NCBI GenBank assembly: GCA_000388065.2
Contig: KB932201.1
Direction: 5' to 3' (one strand)
Length of the DNA: 27,250 nucleotides
Source of the DNA: Fonticula alba ATCC 38817
Taxonomy: Eukaryota; Protista; Nucleariida
Each line of letters opens with the position of its first letter. The first letter of the stretch is position 1. The position numbers and the translations under genes are program-made. Below the pieces are notes generated by a model. That model had not been told where the DNA came from. It was given only the letters and a program-made list of their open reading frames with translations, and ran no database searches. Below, one piece after another: positions 11,545 to 21,100 of this stretch.

Positions 11545-14521
11545 TCATGTCTGGCGTGGCACCCGAACGCCGGAGTTGGAGGACACGGACAAGGAGGTGA
11601 TTGCCTCAGCCGGGAGGGAGGTGACCATGCCTGGCCGCCGAGGCGAAGAGCCGGCCTTGTCGGTGAGGTCGTGCACTGGAGTGCCATCGTCATCGGTCGG
11701 GTCCTCCTCGGTGCCGAGGGAAAGCATGGCCCGGCCGCGGTTCCGCCGCTTCCGAGGGGTGGCCGTCATCATCGACACAAAGTCCCCGGGCTCAGGCAGG
11801 TCAGAGCCGGCCAGGTCCACAGGCGAGTCGGTGAATCGACGCCGGGCACCGGCCATGGCGGCCTCCCCCGACCGCGGGTGGGAATTGTGGCCAGAGCGCT
11901 GGCGCTTGACCGGGCCGGCATTCGTGCGAGCCAGGGGCTGGGTCTCGGCCAGCTCGAAATCGCTTCCCTCCGAGTCTGATGCCGAGGCCGAGCTTTCCTC
12001 GTCCTCGGTCGAGTGAGGGGAAGCAGCCGCCGGATTGTCCGGGCCTTTGCCGGGGGATGCCGGCGCCGGTGCGGCTCGCTTGTGGCTCTTGTGCTTCCTG
12101 AAGGAAGCCGTGTCGCCACTCTGCAAATACAGCGACACGGATTCCGGCTTGTCAAACAGGATCTGCCCGACGCATGCGCAAAGGAGACGGTCAATTGCAT
12201 TGGCACTGGTGTGCGTTGTCGATGCGGCCTTGGGGAATAAAGCCCCCCCGCCCCTCCGGACCCTGGCAAAGCGCGCACCTCGAAGAACATAGACGGCGAG
12301 GCACGCCACCGCTCGAAAAAGCAAGCCACCAGGAAAGTCAACACTTCGGTGTGGGACTTGCTGGTCGCGTCATCCCGGAGAGCCAGCAGCTCGAGAACAC
12401 TTTCGGCGGTGCAGAGGAAGGTAAGCTGGCCAAGGGGCGAAGGGGGGGGGGGGGGGGGAGGAGGAAGGAAAGAGGGTCAGTCGGGCTGGGCAGGCGTCAG
12501 ATCGCAAAAGGGGAAACCCCGACGGCAGGGGATACCTTGTACAGCAGGGGCCGATAGCTGGGCAACATCTTGAAGATGGTGTAGAAGGTCCACAGAACGG
12601 CCTGGTTCACCAGGGGCGTGTTGTATTGGTATCGGTCCAGAACCTCGATGTACCGGTCCATGATGGCATCCGTGCAGAAGCTCTGTGGCCGGTTGTCACC
12701 GAGGGCCGAGGGGGAGCAGGGGACACTGTGTGAGTTGGCTGTGGCAAGCCTCCGGCGAGGAGGGGCGATGGGAAGGGAGGTACAAAGGAAAAAGAAAAGA
12801 AGAAGGCACGCAGAACAGCCACAGGCACAGACCACCGGGCTGCCCCACCACGACGATGAGGCCATTTGCATACCTTGAGGAAGCCGCGGAAGGTTTGTTC
12901 CTTCTCGCGCTGGAGACTGCGCTCGGTGGCGGACCGGGGGTCGTCACTGGCTGGCCGGTTCTCGGGTGGCTCCTCGCTTTCGGAGTCGGAGCCGCCCGGC
13001 CGCGGGGTGTGGCGCGCGCGCGGGCGCGAGGCGGCCATGTCCGAGCGTCTTTCCATGACGATGATCGAGGGCCGGCCCTTGCTGTATACTTCAAGCAGCT
13101 GCAGCAGGCGCAGCACCAGCACGGTGATGTCCGCCAGAAGTGCCCTGCGCGCGCGGGCAGAGCCGGCGCAGAGGCGAGACCGATCGCGAGCCATGTGTCA
13201 GAAAGCATTCAAACCCAATGCCAGCAGAGCGGTCAACATACGGATTGCCCGACCGGGGGAAGCGCTGGAGCATGTCATGTGCCATCGGGAGGAGGACATT
13301 GTTGAAGTAGATCTTCCGCTGGAGGGCTTCGGAGAATTGCTGCATGGTCCGCGAGCCCTTGAGCATCACGCCCAGGAGGTTCAGCTGGAAGGGGCAAATG
13401 GCGGTCGCAGCAAGGTCAGAGGCAGTCCGCCCGCCCCCCCCCCCCCCCCCCCCCCCCGGCAAAAGAGGGCGCCTCTCGAGCGAGGCAGCATAAGCATTGC
13501 AATCAAAAGGCCGGGCAAGGCGGTAGCCCGGGCGGGACACGGCGAACCAGGGCGCACCATTTCCGAATAGGCCAAAACCGCCGCATGCGTGTTGGTCCAA
13601 TTGACGAAAGACATGCCGTAGTCGGTAATGTGCTTGTCCTCGACATACAGGTGGCGGATGCGCTCGGTCAGGAAGGTGAGTGAGTCGTTGCTGAGGAAGC
13701 AGGCCAGTTGGCGGAAGAGCACATCCGTGGGCGGATGCTCGGGCAGCTGCGAGGGAGGCAGCGTTGCCGGCGAGGTATGGGGGCCCGGCTGGCCGGCCTG
13801 CTGTGCCCGTGCTTGGGCCCGAGCGGCTTGCTGGGACCGGCGGATCTCGTGTGCCGCATGCGCCGCCACAAAGGCCGCCATGTAGTGCCAGAGCCAGATA
13901 AATTGAACCAGCTCGCCGCGATTTGGGCCGATCTCGGTCGTCCGATGGCGCTCCATGAAGAACCCGACAAAGACTGCCCGTGCACATATATGCCTGGTGT
14001 GAGTGGGTGTTCGTCCCTTGCCCGGTCTCAAGCGCCGTGGTGCTAGGTGCTGTCGCCATTCCGCCCAAGTGCCCTGCTCCGCCCCCCAGCTTGGCTTGGC
14101 TTGGCTTGGCTTGGCTTGGCTTGGTTTGGATGGTGTGCGTGTGTACGTGACAAAAAGTGCGCTCTACGCACCACGAAAGTTGGACCGAAGAAACAGTTGC
14201 AGCGCCTCGGCCAGGATCCCGACGGCCTTCGCGTCGAGAGTGGTCTTCCGGACTCCGAGATCCTTCGGGGAGGTTCACGCGTGCGTGCGTGCGCGCGGGC
14301 ACGGCCATTTGCGCATCCGGCTGGTAAGTGGCCAGCCCCCAGGGGACAGGTGAGGGCCTCCGCAAAGGCACATTACATACCTGGGATTGGGCAATCTTGA
14401 TGAATGGGGCAATGCGACGGGCCTTGTCCTCATCGAAGTTCTTGCCCCGCAGGCTGCCGCCGGCCGTGGAAATGGTCATAGCGCTGTTGGCCTATCCAGG
14501 GGGAGGGAGGGGGGAGGGGAC

Positions 14522-14567
<46 letters not shown>

Positions 14568-15948
14568 AAGCACTAATGTGTGAGGATGCAGTGAACCGGG
14601 AAGCGGATCCGGAAGGAGCGAGGGGATGGGGGAGGAGGATATGCATGTGAAGGAGCCCCAGGGCGGTCGAAGCCGCCTGCCGGCGGGAGAGAAGCAGCAA
14701 GACCGACATGCAGCCACACATACCGAGCTCTGCAGGCGGAAGGTCCCGCTGAAGCGGGCATGCCGCGAGCCGCCAGGCGACCGACCTGGTGAGCTGGTCT
14801 CCTGTGCCAGGGCCGCTTGCAGGCGGCTGTCGAGGGCACTCGCACGCCGAGGGGTGGTCGGCGGCTCGGCACCAGGGGCAGTGGCCCCGGTGGATGGTCT
14901 CCGGCCCGGGGTGGCGGTGGTGGTGGGCGGAGGGCTGGCGGTCGGATTCGCCAGGTGGTCGGCGAGGCAGGTGGGCTGCGCGCCGGCCAGCAGGGCAGCC
15001 AGCGTCTCCAAGATGACCGGGGCCACCAGATCCGCATCGGCCAGCTTGACACGATCGGTTGAGGCCTGCAGGGCAAGGCGATCGGCCTCCAATCGACCAG
15101 GCTCGCAGGCCCCCATGAGCGAGGCAAACATCTCCATCAGATGGGCCTCACGCATGCGGACCACCAGCAGCCCGGCCAGCGGGGTCCCATCGAAGGCCCG
15201 GTCGGTGCTGAGGGTCCCGCGGCGGCCCTTGGCCAGGGGAACCGGCGGCGGGGAGTCCGAAATCCGGGCCAAATTCCGCACCACCAGCAGGCAGTTCATG
15301 CCGATCTCCAGGTCATACGCCTCGCGCATGTCCGGGCGCTTGGCGAACACCAGCAAAATGGACTGCGACAGCTGACGGAAGACCTTCTCCTGGAGCAGGG
15401 CCCCCTTGGCTTCCTTCAAGCGGGCCAGGTAGTCCGCATGGTCGCCGGCCGCCGTGTAGTCGGATGTCCGGTGGAGGGCCTGCATGGCGGCCGACGGGCC
15501 GGCCAGAGGCCCGGTCAGGGCCACCAGCAGCCGTAGCCCCGCGCGGAAGAGGTGCCGGTCCTCGCCGGACACCAGCAGCAGCGGAACCAAGTCCATCTCG
15601 ACAATGCGCCAGCGGATTAGCTGGCGAATGACCAGCCGCAGGCGACTTTCATCCTCGCGGATGTACCGGGCAAGGTCCGCAAGACAGGCTGGACATCATG
15701 GAATCCACCGAGGCCATGGCGGGACGAGGGGGCAGGAGCAGGTCAATCGCCGGCTGTCTGGGGCACCCGGGCACAGAGATCCGCGAAAGGGGCCACGTAC
15801 CGAGGCAATCATCGCCCTTCACATAGGTCGACTGGCCGGTGGCCGGATCGAGGACCGAGGTGCCAAGGCCGGAAACCGTGATCTGGAGGAGGGTTTTCCG
15901 CGAGTCCAGCAACTTATGATCGAGGGCGTTGGCGAGAGGGCCCTCCAT
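11545..15948 (-). CDS. TIMELESS: Timeless/Tof1/Swi1 replication fork protection complex subunit, 10 exons, about 1018 aa
   Basis: Exons (minus) 15948-15801, 15688-14724, 14491-14381, 14262-14172, 13973-13558, 13384-13242, 13144-12874, 12682-12536, 12425-12279, 12162-11545 (3057 nt, frame-consistent). Family-like motifs: YVKGDDCLACLADLARYIRED, DLVPLL...LRLLVALTGP, RHARFSG, ALQRKIYF, YIEVLDRYQYNTPLVNQAV, FEILFDK. Confidence 0.9.
14091..14130. repeat. (TTGGC)6 pentanucleotide repeat plus two degenerate units, in Timeless intron 4
   Basis: Direct reading. Confidence 0.9.
14527..14564. repeat. (AG)19 microsatellite, read as (CT)n on the transcribed strand, in Timeless intron 2
   Basis: Direct reading. 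Confidence 0.9.
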
Positions 15949-16512
15949 GATGGCGGCCAGGGGGGGGGGGGNNNNNNNNNNNNNNGGGCGCAATGCCGGG
16001 GCGGGGACAGCAAGGGAGGGGGGCGGGGAGAGGGGAGGGGAGGCGGGCAGGGGAGCGGACAGACTTGAGAGGGCTGACCCCGCCGGCATCGCCCACATCA
16101 CCAAGCTTCTTTTGATGAGCACCCAGACTGCTCCCGGATGTGCCCGCGTATCGGGTTCCCGCGCCCTCCCCCCCGGGCTGGGCGTCGCACGGCCCACTGC
16201 CCGCCGGTGACGCGAATTTGAATTTGGCCCTGGGAGTAACGGATGTAGATGCCAACGGATGGGGCCATCGGCGGATCTGCGTCCGCGCTCCCGAAGAGCC
16301 CCGCGCGCGCGCATGCGTATGCGTGTGTGTGTGCGCGGCTGCGGTGCCGCCTCGCTTGGGGGAGACGGCGGCGGCGGCGGCGACGGCCCACAGTCTCTCT
16401 CTGATGGGCCGCCGGGACGGGGGCGGGGGCCGAGATCGCGGCCTCCTGGGCAGTCTCCCTCGCCCCACTTCCCACGTTTCGTCGCCCGCCCCTCTTCTCG
16501 GCCTTCCTCTCT

Positions 16513-16554
<42 letters not shown>

Positions 16555-16570
16555 GTCCCCTGGCACCGGA
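15949..16570. promoter_or_regulatory. Divergent (head-to-head) intergenic region between Timeless and the Alba gene; putative bidirectional promoter
   Basis: Inferred from gene orientation: start codons at 15948 (-) and 16571 (+), about 620 nt apart. Contains a 14-N gap (15972-15985) and a CT tract (about 16507-16550). Confidence 0.55.
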
Positions 16571-17831
16571 AGTATGTGCCGCGCACTGCTCCTTTCCCGC
16601 CTCTGCTCCACCCCCCCCCCCTCTACCCCACGGCCCTGGCCAGATCTCTGACCCGTCCTCCGCCTGCGCCTCTGTTCTCCTCCTCTTGCTGCCCGCCCGC
16701 CTCTCCGCTCTCGCCTGGCCTTTCAGTGGACAAGTACGAGCGCACGCGGATCGCGCAGACTTCGGCACCAAAGACCCTGGCCATGACCCCGGTCAGTGAA
16801 AATGCCACCGAGCCGCTTACCATGGACGACATGAACACGGTCCGCATCTCTCCGAATGGCCCGCTGAAGAACTACGTCACGGCCATCAGCACCCTGTTGC
16901 TTGAGGTGCGCTTGCCCTTCCCCAGCTTGCCCTCCTGGCGCTGCCTCCCCTCTGGACCACCCCTACTGCGCGTTTCCGACTGGCCTCCATCTGACGCCTC
17001 TCCTTCTGTCCTGTGCGTGTGTGCGTGCGTGCTTGCGTGCGTGCGTGCGTGCGTGCATCTTTGCATGTAGATCCAACTGCCAGTGGTTTTCGTCACAGCG
17101 CACAGCTCGGTCCTGCCGCGTCTGGTGTCGGTCATCGAGCTGGCCAAGCGTGCCATCCAAGAGAAGCTTGGCCCTCGCGGAGGGGCCGAGCAGCTCTTTT
17201 GTCACATCCAGCTAAGCGAGGAGCGCCAATTGGATACCTGGTCCCCGCGCGACAAGGCCAGTGCCCTGGACACGTACGAAGATGCCGCTGCCACCGCCGC
17301 CGCCGCCGGCTGATTGCCCACCCGCCGGCTCCATGCTCTCCGCGCGGTTTTGCCTCCGTTTCTCTTTTTTTGTTTTTGGTACCCCCTTTTGACGCTCGCA
17401 ACCCGTTTCCTTCTGGTGCTCGCTCCTACCCCCCCCCCCCCCCCCGGGGCGGGGCGGATGGCTCAGCATCGACATCGAGCGGCATCTTCCACACATGACG
17501 GCGGCCTTCTCGCTCACCGAGATGAAGCCCACCGATGCGCCAGGGTCCGGGCCCTCTTTGATTCGCCTTCTTGTTTTTTCCTTTCCCCCGCTCTTGTTCT
17601 CCCCCCTCCCCCTCCCTCTCTCTCTCTCTCTCTCTGACCTCACTCCTGCTGGGTGTCATGTATTGTAGCTATGCGCGCTCGGCTCCAGCTTTTGTTCGTC
17701 TCCCCCCCAACCAATCCGGGCAACGTGGCGGCAGTGCCGGCCGGCCTGCTGCCGGAAAGTCCCGCAGCCGGCCTCAAGGTAGGAAGCCCGGCCGGCCATC
17801 ACCCCCGCCTGCCGGCGACACTCCCAAATAG
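16571..17831 (+). CDS. RPP25: Alba-domain RNA-binding protein, Rpp25/Pop6-like (RNase P/MRP p25 subfamily), about 207 aa
   Basis: Exons 16571 (single coding A), 16727-16905, 17071-17273, 17467-17544, 17669-17831 (624 nt). Spliced protein MDKYERTRI...NTVRISPNGPLKNYVTAISTLL...VFVTAHSSVLPRLVSVIELAKR...DTWSPRDKASALDTIDIERHLPHMTAAFSLTEMKPTDAPGY matches the Rpp25-type Alba pattern (N-terminal MDxYxR, W-x-P, R-x-x-P, GY), followed by a basic G/R/P-rich tail. The exact start and the GTCCGG donor at 17545 are less certain. Confidence 0.8.
17013..17056 (+). repeat. (GTGC)n/(GT)n intronic repeat in Alba intron 2
   Basis: Direct reading. A similar tract lies at 63-100. Confidence 0.85.
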
Positions 17832-18164
17832 TGGCCCTCCGCTCCCTGCTTGTCCTTGTGAGGGGCGGTGCTCCTGTCCCCTTTGAAATACATACATATG
17901 CATACATGTATGAATCAACACACGCACAGTGCAACATGGCCCTTGTGCGCATCCTATCTCACGCGTCAGCCCGGGTGCCTTGTCCCCTTGTTTGTCGGGG
18001 GGTTGGTGGGGCCCATTGGCAGGGAACCAGGAGGAAGGACAGATCTATTATGCGCCTTGCGCCTGGATGCAAGCACGAAGAGCAAGCACACAAGCACACA
18101 TGCAGGTGCACATGCGGACGCCCAGCTACATGGGGACGAGTGGAAGACACATGGCCGGCCTCCT

Positions 18165-21100
18165 TCAGAAGACGCCGGTCACCCAGCGGAGGACACCATC
18201 GCAGCCGGCCGTCAAGATGGCCTCCGTATGGGGCGGGCCGCCGGCCGACCGACGGGCACCCGCCGGGCCCCGGGCGTTGGCCGCGCCTCCTGGCGGGCGG
18301 ACCCCACCACGACCGGCCACTGGCGAGGAGACTGACGCCTCGATCCACAAGTTGGCCGGGGCCTCAGCACGGGGGTCCTGGTTGCGGAAGAGCTGGTTGA
18401 AGACCGACCGCATGGAGAAGGACGACGAGGCAAGGGAGTTCGAGGAGTGGGGCACCCGCGGGCCGGGGGCCAGGAAGGTCGGGGAGAAGGCCAACGGGCC
18501 GGAGATTTCGCTGCCCGTGTTGTCCACATAGGAGATGGGCCCCGTGTGCTGGAGGGCGTCGGCGCGTGGGGAAGCCACGATGCTGGTGCAGCAAATGCGC
18601 ACCGGGCACCAAGACTGGCGACACAAGGGGGGGGGGGGGGATGAGGGAGGATACACAGAGGTCAGCCGGGGAGTGGACACAAGGGAGGAAGGGGCACAGG
18701 CAAAGGGGACAAACCCGCCGTGGGGGGGGGGAGGGTCGCGTCACGCACACGCAGAGTCGAGTCCGAGGACACGGTCCAGATCTGGTCCGAATGCAACGAT
18801 GAGCCGATGGACCGGATGGGGAACCCGCTCTCAGTCGGGCTGGAGGACGAGGAGAACCCGCCCAAGGCCGAGGATCCACTCCGGCCAAGGGTGGCACTGG
18901 AGCTGTGCTGGAGATTCCCCGACGGCGAGGGCGGCAGGGATGCATGGCCACCGGTCGACAGGGAGCCGCCTGCCAGCGAGGAGCCCGACACACTGTGGCT
19001 GCCAGAATGGCCAAAGTGCGAGAGGTTGCTCATGGAGTGCGAGCCGGTCAGCGACGAGCCTGGGTGGGTGATCGGCGCGTTGGAGGCCGTGGCCGACAGA
19101 GGTACAACCACCGCCGGGCATGGCCGTGCCGGGGGGATGGCCTCCCCGGTGCCGACCTCGTTGCTGTTTTGCCCGGCCAGGGGGCCGACGCCGGCCAGCG
19201 ACCCGGCACTGCCCAGCGACCCGCCGCCGGATCCACTCGCCCCGGACAGCGAGGGAGTTGTCAACGCAGCGACCGTGGCCGCTGTGGCGGCCGCCTTGGA
19301 AGTCAGCTCATTGAGCAGGGCCACGGCCAGGTGTCCGCGCCGACCGCCAGCCACTAGCATCAGCTGGTTGGTCACCGGATGGGGGAGCAAGTTGATGGCT
19401 GTGCAGCCGCCCGGCAGACCGGGGAGGTAGACGGCTATCGGCGAAGGGAGAGGTATGCACGCGTGTGTCCATGTGTGTGTGTGGGGGGGGGGGGAAGAGG
19501 CAGGCATAGAGAGGGAGGGGCGAGCAGAGGGAGGATCAGCAAATGCTTGACGAGCAGGAGGAGGAGGAGGAGGAGGAGAGGAGGAGGGGGGAGGCGGCCC
19601 GGAGAAGCATGACAGATGTGTGCGCAACAAACGCATGGACGCACACGCGACCAGGGCCTGCTCGGTCGGCAGGAGGAGATCCCAAAGGGCCACATAGCCG
19701 CCGGCCGGGTGGCTGGACTCGGCGTTGCCAAACGACAGGCCAGACCCGGAGCCGGGGAGAATGCCCGCCCCCAGGCCGACCGAATGCGAGGAGTGGTGGC
19801 CACCGGCGGGGCCGGGAGCGCCGCTCGGGGTGCCCGAGGACCCAGGAGCATCGGGGCCGCGTGCGGCACCCGGACCGCCACGCCCGGACTGGTGACCACC
19901 GGCCGCCGGCGAGGAAGCCGACGCCGAGTGCCCAGAGGGATGCCCGGCCAGGCCGCCGCCCGGGCCACCCGAAGCGAAGGACATGCCGCCCGAGCCGGCG
20001 GAGCCGCCGATGGACGTGGCCGCCGCGGCCACCGACAGAGCCAGGGAGCTGCCGGCATCGCCCTTGGGCGGGGCCGAGCCAGCCGTGGCCAGGCGCCCGA
20101 CGGAGTCGAAGAAGATGAGGTCCTCCACGGGGGAGCCATTTCGATGGGCCCCGAGCAGGATGTTCGTGGGGAAGACCACCGCCTGCCCGGAGAGGAGCTC
20201 ATGCAGGCGATCATCCTCGGCCACCAGAGAGGCCCCGGCATCCGGCGCGGTGAAGGCCCACACGGCCACATGCCCGGCGCTGGTGCCGGCCGCCACGCGG
20301 GAGCCAGTGCTGTCGAAGCGAGCACACGTCAGCTGGCCAAAGTGAGCCTCGTCCAGGTGCGGCGGCAGGGCAAAGGTCAACATCGGCCCCGGGCGGCGGA
20401 ATTGCCACAGAAGGAGCTGCGGCCGGTCGGGATCGGCGGTGATGTCTACGCGGCGGGCAGATTGGCCCCCGGACGGGAGGCGGGGAGCGCGGGGGGAAAG
20501 TAAGTAATACGCATGCGAGGCAGGGACAACAGTGGGAGAGGGGAGGGGGAGTTGGCGCAAAACAGCAGGCGAGGAAATGAAGTAGTCGAAGGCGGCAACA
20601 ACAACGACAACAGCAGCAACAGCAGCAACAGCAACAGCAACAACAGCGACCGACACAAGGCCACGCACAGTATGGTAGCTCCGGGTGAGAGGCGATGATG
20701 TCACTGGCGCACTTGGGCCGAATCAGCGGGTCATATGTGGAGATGGACACCGGCGGCGCTTGGAGGGAGTAGCGCTGCGGGCGAGCAGAGGCCGGAGAGG
20801 CACCGGCCGACGGGGCCACGGGCTCCGGCGCGTCAAGCAGCAAGTTCGACGAGGACCGGGATGGGCTCTTCTCGCTCTGCACCCGAACGCGGCGCCCCAG
20901 GGAAACAATGTAAAGAAGACCGACAAAGGCAGAGACGCAGGTTAGCTTGACGAAAGACCGCGGCCGGATCTGAGAGGGGTGCTGGCAGCGCGTGGCACGG
21001 GCGCACACGCACATGCTTCGTGCGAATGCGACTGAAGAAGGACCCGATCGATGAGGCCGACACCGAGGAGTCCCCACCCCCAGTCGAGGAGGCGGAGGTG

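Noticed and set aside
6758-15948. PLK adjacent to Timeless as a functional cell-cycle gene cluster
   Set aside because: The genes are convergent with no shared promoter. Two cell-cycle genes being neighbours in a compact genome is unremarkable without synteny evidence.
20596-20647. CAA/CAG tract resembling a polyQ exon on the + strand
   Set aside because: The Gln frame has a stop at 20578-20580 and closes soon after, with no start codon. The tract lies in a Rav1/DMXL intron.
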